In this document: piece after piece, positions 38,337 to 48,147 of the stretch
Numbering within the stretch: the stretch's first letter is position 1
Layout of the letters: every line of letters starts with the position of its first letter
Virus record (IMG/VR): IMGVR_UViG_3300047554_000629
Span: 1 to 64,000 of that record
From: an uncultured virus (IMG/VR IMGVR_UViG_3300047554_000629)
Lineage: Duplodnaviria > Heunggongvirae > Uroviricota > Caudoviricetes
Strand: one strand, 5' to 3'
Length of the DNA: 64,000 nucleotides
Notes under the pieces: generated by a model
The model's database searches: none
What the model was told of the DNA's origin: nothing
Seen by the model: only the letters and a program-made list of their open reading frames with translations
Made by a program: the position numbers and the translations under genes

Positions 38337-41300
38337 TTACACCAGATTGTTCTTTTTCAACACAGCCCAGCACTTCGGGAATTTTGCTTTGGCTACATTT
38401 GGCTTGGTTATGGCAAGACGAACATACTCTGCCCACCCCTCGTGAGCATTAGACATTGCATATGAACTTAGCGGAGCTTTTTTCTCGTCTTCGTGCAGGA
38501 TTTCAATAACCCATGCTTTTTTCCAATCAAAATCACTGCTGTAGGACAAATCGCCCAATTTGCCGTCAATAATATGGCCAATCTCATGGGCATAAACGCT
38601 GGACATTCTTGTGTCCGCAAGTTTCCCTTCGTGTTTTATACTCGGCGCGCCGTCAAGAAACATGCCGCCAGAACCAACCTCGACGGCTCCTCCAACTCTA
38701 CCGTCATTATCCGTCGCTGTGGATTTTGATATATCTTCAGAAAGCCTCTTTGATGTTGGATAGAACTTCACATGCCGAAGGTTCTTCAAAAGCGAGCCTT
38801 TCATCTTTGGATTCATACTGGAAATCGTCTTAACAATTCCAGACTTGAACTCGCTCTTGAGGCCATTCGGAATATCCTTGTCTTTGTCTATTGATGAATG
38901 AATCGCTGACACAAGATCATTGCTGTTCTTTGGATTGGCGGAAATGATATTCCCTTTTATCCACCTGTTTGGGTTTTCTGAAACAGGAGGGCGTGCAAAT
39001 GCCGCAATTACACCGCCTACAGCCGCTGACGCTACCGCAGACTTACCAGCAACAACCAGTGCGTGTTCTACAGAATCGCCTAATGCCATATTGCGTACAA
39101 ATACAAGAGCCCCAGCAGTAGCAGCACTTCCAAAAGCGCCTTTCAAAAAGTTCACAGCCCTTGCAGTAACAACGCTGTGCCCGTGAGTCATTCCTGGAAC
39201 TTTTTCTTTTCTAACAACAGACGATCTTTTCCCAGGCGACAATGCCGCCTTTTCGCTCGAACTTGCTCTGGCAATCGCTTCTTTGGGTATAAACTCTCCG
39301 CCCTTGAAGTGCTCTCCGCCAACTTCGATTCCGCCCTTGGGGGCATGGACAGCCTCGTATCCAATTGCCTGATTCATAATCGGTGCAATTTGCGCTGATT
39401 TCTGGGAGTACGACTCCAGCGCCCTTGCAACAGCCGGTGCTAACGCGGACGCCTCTGCATTTGCCAGTTCTTCAAGGGCCACTTCGGACACTTGAATGCC
39501 ACTACGCCGAATGCGGTTCTTGATCTTGTCCCGAATCCATAGCGATACAGCGCCTTCGCTGTGGCTGTCCGAAGACGGTTTATTGAGCAAATGAACCAAC
39601 GCATCTCCAGCCACGTTCTTGGCGACATTTTTGATGTGTGCCCTCAAGTCTTCAGTCGGCTTGGATTCCGGCATTGGCTTTTCGCCGTCGATGCCAGACA
39701 TGCTGAGCATCAGCGGCGCATACCGCTCTGCCGCTTCAGATGCCTCGCTCACCAAGTCTTCCTCAGTGGCCTCGATTCCGGCCTCTTTCATGGCCTCTTG
39801 CATCTTGCCCTTGAACAACTCGACAAGGTATTCGTGCATCACCGCCGAGGCCGGAACTTCATCCTGATAACCGACCATCCACTCGTCATCCTGGCTCGTT
39901 ACTAAGCTGCCGCCCTTCTTTTTCATGAGCACGTCGAATAGCTTCGGGATGAGCATCACGCCCTTCTTGATGCCCAACACAGCCAAGTCCATCGTGGCCT
40001 GTGTCGCTGCCCGAAGAGCGAGTCTCTTCAAAGCATCTTTCTCGTTTGGAACCCTAGAAGACTTACCTGTCACCGGGTCTATCACGAGTTTTGTTTCATT
40101 AGGATCGATGCCAAGAGAGATTGCTGTCTTATCAAACGCTCCCTGTGCCAACGGGCTCTTGGCGATGTCTCGCCTCAGTTTCTTAGGGTCTCTGATCATC
40201 CGTTCCGCGATCTTGCCAGCGTACTTGGCCGTCTCGTGAGCCGCCTTCGGCACGCCTCTGAGGCTCTGCTTCTTGTCAAACGCCTTCGACCGATTGCCGG
40301 AATACTGGTCGATGATCCGAAGCGCCATCGTGGCCACGGTGTCTTCGCCAGTGGCTGTAACTTCGCGCTCACGTTGATAAGCCCGACCACGGGCACGGGC
40401 ATACTCATGCGGCGTTAGGCTACCGAATTCCTTGATCTTGTTCATCACATATGGCCGAAGTTTGAAGTCCGTCTTCAGCCAACGCTCGGTCTCTTGGATC
40501 AAGTCATACTCGTTGCCCATCAGGATCGGCTCATCAGGCTTCGGAGCCCGAATCCCAGCCTGTTCCAGCATGTCATCGACAGTGGCCGGTTTGTCTTCTT
40601 GTTTTTCAGACCTGTCCATGCCGGTTTGCTGCGTCTCAGGCTTCTTGCCATGATCCTGCGGCCTGGAAGCAGGCATCTCCGGCACTTTCTCGCCTGAAAT
40701 CGCCTTCTGGCCAGCCAATGCCGCCTTCTCCTCCGGCGATGCGCGGGCAATCACAGAGCCAGGAATAAACTGGCCACCTTCGTAGTGCTTACCGGAAATG
40801 TCAATACCACCCACCGGCGCACGAGTCGCCTTGTACTCAATCGTGAACTCATCATCAGACACCGCCAAATACTCGATCACAAGGCCATCGTTGGCCATCG
40901 ACACCTGCCCACCCTCTTCAGGCGGGGCCGGATCAAGAGGAACACTCGTCCCGTCAGCCAAACGAATGTAATTCCCGTCTTCCGTCTCGTCTGTGTTCTC
41001 TTCGCCCATGATTTCTTCAAGTATCTGATCAACCGTCATATCGCTGGCCTCTTCGGCCACTTGCTCGTCCCGCTGGACCTGTTGCTCTTGCTGCTCTTGG
41101 GCCGCTTGCTCCTGGGCTTGCTGTTCCTGTTGTTCCGCTTGCTGCTGCTCTGCGGCTTGTTCTTGGCCCTGTTGCTGCACTTGGGCCTCTTGATCTTGCG
41201 GCATCTCTTGAGGCTGGCCCTCTGCTGGAACTTGCATCTGTTGTTGCGCAGCTGCTTGCTGTTGCTGGGCCTGCATTTGCTGCTGCATCTGGGCTTGTTG

Positions 41301-42776
41301 GGCCTCCATCTGAATCTGCGTTTGCGCCTTGAGCAACTCAATCTGCGTCTCTGTTTGAACCTTGGACTGAACCTTAAGCAACATCTCCTGGTTAAGAATT
41401 TCATCGTCAGGCTCAGGAGCCTTGAGGCCAGCGTTGGCCAAAAGCTCGTCTTTCCTGACAGAGCCGCCCATCTGAAACACCGCCGAAGCATTCTTCAACT
41501 TCGCATCGGCCTTTGGATCATCAACATCAAATACAAATCTGACCCTGAAGTTGGCCTTGGGGAAATTCCATCGCTGAATTACAGGGATATAATCTTCAGA
41601 AAAAGTGTCGGCCAAATTGTTTGCGTCAAACTTCAGGATGCGCCATTTAGTGTTCTCATGGAACTGAGATACTCCGCTGCCAAGTCCCGTTGCCTCTGCA
41701 TTGGCGCTCAAAGTCTGGCCGATGATCAATCGCTCGATGTGCTGCTCAAAGTATTCCTTGACGATATTGATCAGGATGTTGATGCCGCCGCCTTCAAACC
41801 GAAGCAAATCAACACCGGCGGTATCCTTGCTCTGCCCACGGGTCTTCGGCATTGCGATGGCGTATCGTTCGCCGACGTTTTGGGCTGCGGCCTCGGCTTC
41901 TGCCTTGGAATTTGGATTGCCTTCATCATAGTAGAACACCATGATGCCACCGATGCTCATCTTCTTCAGGTGGTTGATCGCCCACCCAAGCATCTCGTCA
42001 CGAAGCTGGAAATTCCAGTAAATCTGAGACCGCAAGCCAACGCCATGCACGCCGCCTGACATCTCGCCTTCAAAGAAGTCGGCGTCAACGCACTGGTGTT
42101 TGTGGATGATGAACCGCTGCCGCCACTTCGGGTCTTTCAGCCGAAGCACCATCGACCTTTGATCCGAGAAAAGGTCTTCTTCCTTGACGATGCCGCGTTC
42201 TTTCAACGTCCGGCCAATAGAGTGATTGACCATCACCCTTGGAACATCGTCATGGCCGTACAGGATTTTGTCGCCATTGACCGGCTTGTGCCCGACGACT
42301 CCAAGCCGATTCTGGCCATCAATCGGAATCGCGCCCCACTTGACCTGATTCGCGTATCGGCCATACCAGATCGCCCAAGCCAGCTGCCAAACGAACGGCG
42401 TCCACCGCGACGTATTGGCCACGATCTTCGACATATCATCAGTTACGGCCTTTTGAATCTTGCTCTTTTGGTTCTCAGGCTCAAGATGCCAGCCAAGAGC
42501 CGAAAGCTGAAGGAATCTCTCGTTCATGCATCCCAAAACGAACGCATCACGAAGCATCGCCAGCGCGTTTTCGCGGCTGTGCTTCGTGGCCTCGTCATGA
42601 GTCCATCGATGAGACCGAGTTACGGATTGATAAATTGATGAGAATGTTCTGTGCTGCGGCAACAGAAAGCCGCCCTCGTCTTCGATGGGTCGGCCATTGT
42701 GATCAAGCAGCCGAAGCGGTCCACTCCCGTTTCGGCTCATCAGGCCATTAACGTCTGGTTCTGGTAGCAGTGCCAT
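38337..42776 (-). CDS. portal protein (DUF935/Mu gp29-like) fused via a Gln-rich linker to a C-terminal zincin metallopeptidase
   Basis: IIGQTLS...GLGSGVSQFH portal motif; HEIGH...SSYAMSNAHEGWAE. Confidence 0.75.
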   Translation of the reverse strand: MALLPEPDVNGLMSRNGSGPLRLLDHNGRPIEDEGGFLLPQHRTFSSIYQSVTRSHRWTHDEATKHSRENALAMLRDAFVLGCMNERFLQLSALGWHLEPENQKSKIQKAVTDDMSKIVANTSRWTPFVWQLAWAIWYGRYANQVKWGAIPIDGQNRLGVVGHKPVNGDKILYGHDDVPRVMVNHSIGRTLKERGIVKEEDLFSDQRSMVLRLKDPKWRQRFIIHKHQCVDADFFEGEMSGGVHGVGLRSQIYWNFQLRDEMLGWAINHLKKMSIGGIMVFYYDEGNPNSKAEAEAAAQNVGERYAIAMPKTRGQSKDTAGVDLLRFEGGGINILINIVKEYFEQHIERLIIGQTLSANAEATGLGSGVSQFHENTKWRILKFDANNLADTFSEDYIPVIQRWNFPKANFRVRFVFDVDDPKADAKLKNASAVFQMGGSVRKDELLANAGLKAPEPDDEILNQEMLLKVQSKVQTETQIELLKAQTQIQMEAQQAQMQQQMQAQQQQAAAQQQMQVPAEGQPQEMPQDQEAQVQQQGQEQAAEQQQAEQQEQQAQEQAAQEQQEQQVQRDEQVAEEASDMTVDQILEEIMGEENTDETEDGNYIRLADGTSVPLDPAPPEEGGQVSMANDGLVIEYLAVSDDEFTIEYKATRAPVGGIDISGKHYEGGQFIPGSVIARASPEEKAALAGQKAISGEKVPEMPASRPQDHGKKPETQQTGMDRSEKQEDKPATVDDMLEQAGIRAPKPDEPILMGNEYDLIQETERWLKTDFKLRPYVMNKIKEFGSLTPHEYARARGRAYQREREVTATGEDTVATMALRIIDQYSGNRSKAFDKKQSLRGVPKAAHETAKYAGKIAERMIRDPKKLRRDIAKSPLAQGAFDKTAISLGIDPNETKLVIDPVTGKSSRVPNEKDALKRLALRAATQATMDLAVLGIKKGVMLIPKLFDVLMKKKGGSLVTSQDDEWMVGYQDEVPASAVMHEYLVELFKGKMQEAMKEAGIEATEEDLVSEASEAAERYAPLMLSMSGIDGEKPMPESKPTEDLRAHIKNVAKNVAGDALVHLLNKPSSDSHSEGAVSLWIRDKIKNRIRRSGIQVSEVALEELANAEASALAPAVARALESYSQKSAQIAPIMNQAIGYEAVHAPKGGIEVGGEHFKGGEFIPKEAIARASSSEKAALSPGKRSSVVRKEKVPGMTHGHSVVTARAVNFLKGAFGSAATAGALVFVRNMALGDSVEHALVVAGKSAVASAAVGGVIAAFARPPVSENPNRWIKGNIISANPKNSNDLVSAIHSSIDKDKDIPNGLKSEFKSGIVKTISSMNPKMKGSLLKNLRHVKFYPTSKRLSEDISKSTATDNDGRVGGAVEVGSGGMFLDGAPSIKHEGKLADTRMSSVYAHEIGHIIDGKLGDLSYSSDFDWKKAWVIEILHEDEKKAPLSSYAMSNAHEGWAEYVRLAITKPNVAKAKFPKCWAVLKKNNLV
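39378..39400. repeat. 23-bp palindrome family, copy 6 (in frame, degenerate)
   Basis: AATCGGTGCAATTTGCGCTGATT, read as SAQIAPI. Confidence 0.65.
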
Positions 42777-42806
42777 ACCAATTATAGGGATATGGAGACA
42801 CTCAAG

Positions 42807-43061
42807 CTAAAGTCTGGTAGCCGACTGAATTGCCCAGACAATCAAGTTGCCGATGACCGTTCCAACCAAGATCGAAGCGGTCAGAACCAATGACCACTTG
42901 AACAAACTCGGCAAAGGAGGCCGCTTGTCGATGATCTCGATTCCGCCTTTGACCGGCACTACATCAATGTAAGGCGGCTTGATGATGTCTATGTGGACCG
43001 GATGGCCATTCTCAGGCCCATACTCGACATCGTACCCGTCATCGTCCTGTTTGTAGTCCAT
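42807..43061 (-). CDS. small membrane protein
   Basis: GGAG RBS, C-terminal TM helix. Confidence 0.5.
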   Translation of the reverse strand: MDYKQDDDGYDVEYGPENGHPVHIDIIKPPYIDVVPVKGGIEIIDKRPPLPSLFKWSLVLTASILVGTVIGNLIVWAIQSATRL

Positions 43062-43080
43062 CTTTGGCTCCAGTTTCAGA

Positions 43081-43103
43081 AATAGGCGCGAGTCGCGCCG
43101 ATT
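43081..43103. repeat. 23-bp palindrome family, copy 7
   Basis: AATAGGCGCGAGTCGCGCCGATT overlapping the stop of 43102-43410. Confidence 0.9.
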
Positions 43104-43410
43104 ATTGCATGTCCCGAAGTTCTTGAGAGGTCTTCCCGCAATCAGGGCATCGGTCAAGTTGAGGGTCGAACTTGTTGTGGAAGCACTTATCCGGCTCTTG
43201 GGGCTTCTCCACTGAATCAATGCTGCCAAACGACACCTTGCCGGATTCTACCACGGCGTCACTCGGCAAATTCGTCTCTACTTTCGCTGGCACGCCCATC
43301 TTGGCCAATAGCCCAGTATCACGAAGCACAGTCATCATCTCGTTGACCGAGCAGAAACCAAGCTCATGCCAGCCTTGACCGTCGTGCCATTTATAGTACA
43401 GGCCACTCAT
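43102..43410 (-). CDS. hypothetical protein with zinc ribbon
   Basis: CFH...RCPDCG. Confidence 0.5.
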   Translation of the reverse strand: MSGLYYKWHDGQGWHELGFCSVNEMMTVLRDTGLLAKMGVPAKVETNLPSDAVVESGKVSFGSIDSVEKPQEPDKCFHNKFDPQLDRCPDCGKTSQELRDMQ

Positions 43411-43663
43411 TTCGACTCACCACCGTCTTGCGGCACTTGCTGCATCAAATGGCCGAGTAATCCCAAACTCGGAATATCCCTGAACGACTTGTAGCCGACC
43501 GTGGCACACCAAATCTTGTACGACAATTCTAGGCAATACGCTTCGGCGCACTTCGCATGAGACTCCGAGCTTTCAAACGACGAACTTTCGCTGATAACGC
43601 CTTTGAGTTCACCGGCCCCTTTTGTGATGTGCTTGATGGCCGCATTGAATTCTGAATAGTCAA

Positions 43664-43795
43664 TCATTTGTGCCCCTTGATAAAGGAAAGAACCACGCCC
43701 CTGAAATACGAAGACAAATCGCGGCCAGCAACCTTACGAGCGGCCTTCATCTCCTCTTGCGTGAGGAGAATCTGAAGCCGCTCGGTACGCTTCAT
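43664..43795 (-). CDS. putative ribbon-helix-helix regulator (43 aa, not in ORF track)
   Basis: MKRTERLQILLTQEEMKAARKVAGRDLSSYFR; stop overlaps next ATG; divergent from the MTase. Confidence 0.5.
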   Translation of the reverse strand: MKRTERLQILLTQEEMKAARKVAGRDLSSYFRGVVLSFIKGHK

Positions 43796-43865
43796 GTTTT
43801 TAGGCATTGCCGTTCTGCCGCGTTTTCGCATACTATATCATTATCATAACTATAGAGGATCGGCA

Positions 43866-44885
43866 ATGGTGAATGTCGGCAAACACGAGTTGCACCACGG
43901 CAATTGCCTTGACATTCTCAAGTCCATGCCGGACAAGAAGGTGTCTCTGACACTCACGAGTCCGCCGTATGAAGACTGCCGAACCTACGGCATTGATTTC
44001 TCTGTCAAAGGCCAAGACTGGGTTGATTGGTTTATCCCCATAGTCATCGAATGTTGCCGAATCACTGATGGCCTAGTGCTTGTAAACGCAGCCGGGAAAG
44101 TCCGTGACTTCAAATACTCGCCGGTCATGGAATGGCTTGTGGCCGATCTGACACGCAAACACGGCATCGTATGCGGCCCGTCGCCATACGTCTATTACAG
44201 AGTCGGAATCCCAGGCAGCGGAGGCCATCACTATCACCGCCGAGACTGGGAGCCTGTCTATGCCTTCGCTCTTCCAGACCGACTTCCATTGAACTGGTCG
44301 GATAATAAAGCCACTGGCCACAAACCAAAGTGGGTTCCTGGCGGAGAAATGTCATACCGGCTTGGAGACGGCAAACGTGCTAACCACAAATCTCAAGGAC
44401 GAGACAAGTGGGGAAATGCTGGCGAATCATCCGGCGAAGGAAGAAACGCCGATGGCAGCAGAAAGAAGAGGAAGCGATTCGGTGCCAATCCTGAAGGCGA
44501 CGTAAAAGTCTCACACGACAGAGACATTGTTGATATTGCCAACGCTGGCAATCGAATAAGTGAGATGTACGACGCCGACATGGTTAAAAAGCTGCTCGAC
44601 GACGGAGACGCGGGCGACATCGTTCACTGCAAAGTCGGCGGCGGTCTTATGGGGCATCCTTTGGCGTCACAAAACGAAGCCCCGATGTCTCTCACGCTGG
44701 CCTCTTGGTTCGTTCGCAGCTATGCGCCGCCAGGAAGCTACGTCCTTGATCCGTTCATGGGCAGCGGAACTTCTCTGCACGCCTGCCTCGAAACCGGCCG
44801 AATCGGAATCGGCATTGACATCAGGGAATCCCAAGTGGAACTGACAAAGAGCCGTCTTGAGTCTGTTACACCGTCTATGTTCTGA
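43866..44885 (+). CDS. N4-C/N6-A DNA methyltransferase, beta class
   Basis: TSPPY before VLDPFMGSGT. Confidence 0.85.
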   Translation: MVNVGKHELHHGNCLDILKSMPDKKVSLTLTSPPYEDCRTYGIDFSVKGQDWVDWFIPIVIECCRITDGLVLVNAAGKVRDFKYSPVMEWLVADLTRKHGIVCGPSPYVYYRVGIPGSGGHHYHRRDWEPVYAFALPDRLPLNWSDNKATGHKPKWVPGGEMSYRLGDGKRANHKSQGRDKWGNAGESSGEGRNADGSRKKRKRFGANPEGDVKVSHDRDIVDIANAGNRISEMYDADMVKKLLDDGDAGDIVHCKVGGGLMGHPLASQNEAPMSLTLASWFVRSYAPPGSYVLDPFMGSGTSLHACLETGRIGIGIDIRESQVELTKSRLESVTPSMF

Positions 44886-44911
44886 GTTCTATTCGCCGAG
44901 ACGACTGAGGA

Positions 44912-45379
44912 GTGATCATGGACTGCCAATGCCAGACCTGCCAGAATGCGTGCAAGTACAAGCCGGGATGGTTCCGCCCAGGAGAAGTCGAGAAAGTCGC
45001 CGACTTCCTCCAAATTTCTCTTAACCGGCTGTTCAAAGAGAAACTGGCCGTAGACTTCCTCTACAGGTCGGACGATGGCAATTCTCCGGTGTTTGTTTTG
45101 TCGCCTGCAACGACATCAGGCGACCCAGGGAAGGAATTCCCTTTCGACCCACGAGGCCAGTGCGTGTTCTACAAGGACGGCAAATGCGAGATTCATCCCG
45201 TTAAGCCGCACGACTGCCGAGCATACGACCACACGCAAACAGGCGATCAGTCATTGCCAACTCACTACGAAACCGGGGATTCTTGGAGCGACCATCAGGA
45301 TCAGATAAAATCACTGCTTGGACGCGACCCTGAGTTGCCATCTGTAGGCTTATTTGACTTCTTAAACATCATGACATGA
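44912..45379 (+). CDS. YkgJ-like Cys-cluster (Fe-S/Zn) protein
   Basis: CQCQTCQNAC...CVFYKDGKCEIHPVKPHDC. Confidence 0.7.
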   Translation: MIMDCQCQTCQNACKYKPGWFRPGEVEKVADFLQISLNRLFKEKLAVDFLYRSDDGNSPVFVLSPATTSGDPGKEFPFDPRGQCVFYKDGKCEIHPVKPHDCRAYDHTQTGDQSLPTHYETGDSWSDHQDQIKSLLGRDPELPSVGLFDFLNIMT

Positions 45380-45775
45380 GGGGAACATGAAGCCAACTCA
45401 GCAGACTACAAAACAGGTTAATAGACCATCTCGGTCATGCGTTTGTGCCACTTGCACTCTTGACGAGAGGCTCAGAAGCAATGGCTTCAAGATTCTAGCT
45501 AGGCCAAGAAATTCTCAGCCGATCTGGATAAAGGACGGGAAGCAGTTTCTTCAGTCTGACGCCGTTCAGCAGTGCAAACCTTTGCCAGCAAAAAGGTAGT
45601 CACGCGATTCCCAACCGAAAGCGTAAGCCGTCTGAAAAGCCGCCTTCGTATTGGGCAGAGCATGTAAGAATTGTCGAAGAAGAAAACAAAAAGCTGCGAA
45701 CCATCATAGTTGACATGATGCACAAAATGCAGCAAGCAGCTGAAATTGCCTCTCCGTTCTTCAGAAAGAGCAACC

Positions 45776-46366
45776 GTGAAGCTACTCTTGAATAACTGGA
45801 GAACGCCAGCAACCGGATACAAGCTGAAAACACTCGGCTGCGCGTCCATCGTCGCAACCGAATACCCCAAGGGCGTATATCCGATGCACGGTGAGTCCGG
45901 CTTCTCAGACTTCCAGTGCCTCAGTCCGATCCGAATCACCATGCTGGCCATCAATGAACACGTTTCGATGTGGGACGAGCCTCCTCATTGGTACGGCATC
46001 CAGCGATGTGCCAGGGCCATGCACGGGAAAGTCCTTGTCGCTGGCCTCGGTCTTGGCCTAATCGCCCATGCCCTCAAATGGAACAAGGCTGTCCGCGAAA
46101 TACTGATCATCGAAAACAACCAAGACGTTATCGACCTCATCGGCCCCATGTGCCCACGCTCGGCACAAATCGAACACGCCGACTGGTATCGATGGGAAGG
46201 CCGATTCGAGCCAGATAGCGTACTCATGGACTTGGCAGATGGCGATTACACCAAAGAACGTGTGGCCGACGAAACCGAGAAATGCCGACAAAGGTTCCCA
46301 TCGGCGACAACGATCTCCGTCCACGGAAGCGTAGAGTCTAGGCAGAACGAGATGAGTGCTTTCTAA
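45776..46366 (+). CDS. spermidine-synthase-like SAM-dependent transferase
   Basis: GKVLVAGLGLG...IIENNQDVI. Confidence 0.65.
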   Translation: MKLLLNNWRTPATGYKLKTLGCASIVATEYPKGVYPMHGESGFSDFQCLSPIRITMLAINEHVSMWDEPPHWYGIQRCARAMHGKVLVAGLGLGLIAHALKWNKAVREILIIENNQDVIDLIGPMCPRSAQIEHADWYRWEGRFEPDSVLMDLADGDYTKERVADETEKCRQRFPSATTISVHGSVESRQNEMSAF

Positions 46367-46428
46367 CAACGAAAGGAGATTTCGTAAACAACCCCACGGC
46401 TGAAGCCGGGGGGCTTTGCCGCTGGGTT

Positions 46429-47502
46429 TTAGCCCGCGACTTTTGGGGCCGGTTTACTGACGGCCCAAGCCCTCAAATTGAGGGCAGCGTTTCGGTCGGC
46501 ATTTGTGGAGTGCCCGCAATGTTTGCAGACAAACTCAGACTGGCTCTTTCGGTTGGCACGCTCGCAGTGGCCGCAGACATGGCACGTCTGGGAACTGTAT
46601 CGCGGGTCAACCAAGACTACGGACACGCCTGCCCGTCGGGCCTTGTACTCCACAAACTGCCGAAGCTGAAAGAAACTCCAGTTGCCAAGTCGTCGCCGGA
46701 AACGCCTAGAAGCCGTTTGCTCACAACGGTCACGCAAACCGGAGAGGTTCTCCAGAGCGATACCGATGCCGAGTGTCTTGGCTTTGCCGACAAGACTCTT
46801 GCTGATGGCGTGGTTTACCCATGCTTGATAGCGGGACTGCCGCCCCGCCATCCGCTTCAACCGTCGCTTGGCAGACTTGGTTCCTTTCCGTTGGTACTGC
46901 TTACGGGCTGTCATCCGGCGCTTGCGGTTTCGTTCGACACCCGCACCGGAGAACGATTCCCCGGTGGAGTCGGTAGCAATCTGGACAATGCCAAAGTCAC
47001 AACCCAAGTATTCGGTAACCGGCTGTGGGTCGGAAACGGTCGCCTTGACTTGAACATGCAGAAAGTAACCGCCATCGCGTTTGACAAGTGCAGCGCTGGT
47101 CGGAACCTTCCCCGCAAGCGCGGTTCGCTGAAAGTCGCCAAGTTGGGTCGTCAGTCGATGCCGCCCATGCAACAGGGTCAGGCTGAAAGTCCAGTCGGAT
47201 TCTCGGAAGGAAAAGATTCGAGCATCGTAGTTCACGCTCGTAGGAGCAAATCGGGAGAGGTCTTTTACGGCGGCAACGCGACCGATGGCACGAACGGCCA
47301 GATTCGCCGACAGCCCGAACGCAGTCCGCGTTTCGCGGTAGGCCAATTTGTGCAGAGCGAGATGTCCTTTAGTCTCTGTCTCTGCCGCACGACGAACCAA
47401 GTGATTGCACGCCGCAGCGAAAGCCACAAGTGTAACGTCGATTTCAACCGCCTGTTCAGCGGTCGGAACCAGCTTGCAACAGATGGTACGGATGGCTTCC
47501 AT
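46429..47502 (-). CDS. tnpB: TnpB RNA-guided nuclease
   Basis: GCDFG, ALENL, zinc ribbon, NADRNAALN. Confidence 0.9.
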   Translation of the reverse strand: MEAIRTICCKLVPTAEQAVEIDVTLVAFAAACNHLVRRAAETETKGHLALHKLAYRETRTAFGLSANLAVRAIGRVAAVKDLSRFAPTSVNYDARIFSFRESDWTFSLTLLHGRHRLTTQLGDFQRTALAGKVPTSAALVKRDGGYFLHVQVKATVSDPQPVTEYLGCDFGIVQIATDSTGESFSGAGVERNRKRRMTARKQYQRKGTKSAKRRLKRMAGRQSRYQAWVNHAISKSLVGKAKTLGIGIALENLSGLRDRCEQTASRRFRRRLGNWSFFQLRQFVEYKARRAGVSVVLVDPRYSSQTCHVCGHCERANRKSQSEFVCKHCGHSTNADRNAALNLRAWAVSKPAPKVAG

Positions 47503-47895
47503 TCAGACACCCTTCTGGTTCTCGATGTACTGCTTGATAACGGCCAGAGGCGCGCCGCCAACAGTCGCGACAAAGTAGGAGTTCGTCCAGAGCGATGGCA
47601 ACCGGCTACGCAACGCTGGGTACTCCGTGCGCAGGAACCGGGACGAACGGCCCTTGACCAACTTTATCAGCCGGTGGATTCCGAACTGTGGATCGACTTC
47701 AACGAGCAGATGTACGTGATCGGGCATCACTTCCATCTCGATCAGTTCCGAACGGGTTTCAAGGATCACTTCCCGAATCAGATTCTTGAGCCGTTCATCA
47801 ACGCCGTCGATCAAGACCTTGCGACGATACTTGGGGCAGAAAACAACGTGGTACTTGCAGCAGTAGGACACGTTGTTATTGCTCTTGAGCCTCAT
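47503..47895 (-). CDS. tnpA: Y1 HUH transposase
   Basis: YHVVFCPKYRR, DHVHLL, LWTNSYF, YIENQK. Confidence 0.95.
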   Translation of the reverse strand: MRLKSNNNVSYCCKYHVVFCPKYRRKVLIDGVDERLKNLIREVILETRSELIEMEVMPDHVHLLVEVDPQFGIHRLIKLVKGRSSRFLRTEYPALRSRLPSLWTNSYFVATVGGAPLAVIKQYIENQKGV

Positions 47896-48092
47896 TCCTG
47901 TATTATACACGTCCGAGATGTCGAATGCCACCTCAGTAGCGTGGATTCGCCGTCTCCATTCCTCCCCATGCCTGAAGGCAGGGGTTTCTTGGAGACATTT
48001 CATGAACAGCAAAGCCAAATTTTGGTTTGTGTTCGCTATTGTGTCTTCATGCTTTTGTGCGTTCTTATTCTCAATCTACTCATGGAAAGTCT

Positions 48093-48116
48093 GGTAGTGG
48101 CTCAACATGGTGTTGA
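48093..48116 (+). repeat. 24-bp inverted repeat, left copy
   Basis: GGTAGTGGCTCAACATGGTGTTGA; exact reverse complement at 49309-49332. Confidence 0.95.
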
Positions 48117-48140
48117 CAACCTGGACGACCCTGATAGAGT
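48113..48140 (+). promoter_or_regulatory. sigma70-like promoter of the stand-alone tnpB (probably leaderless)
   Basis: TTGACA-16 nt-TAGAGT, 7 nt before GTG. Confidence 0.55.
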
Positions 48141-48147
48141 TATCCTT

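Larger units (their letters stand above)
46384..48001 (-). mobile_element. IS200/IS605-family insertion sequence
   Basis: tnpA + tnpB; subterminal hairpins CCCCACGGCTGAAGCCGGGGG (~46392) and CCCCATGCCTGAAGGCAGGGG (~47964); removal rejoins AAGGAGATTTC to ATG. Confidence 0.85.

Noticed and set aside
40785..42059. 424-aa Leu-rich plus-strand ORF and similar long antisense ORFs (28164, 32050, 35513)
   Set aside because: Antisense shadows of well-supported minus-strand genes.
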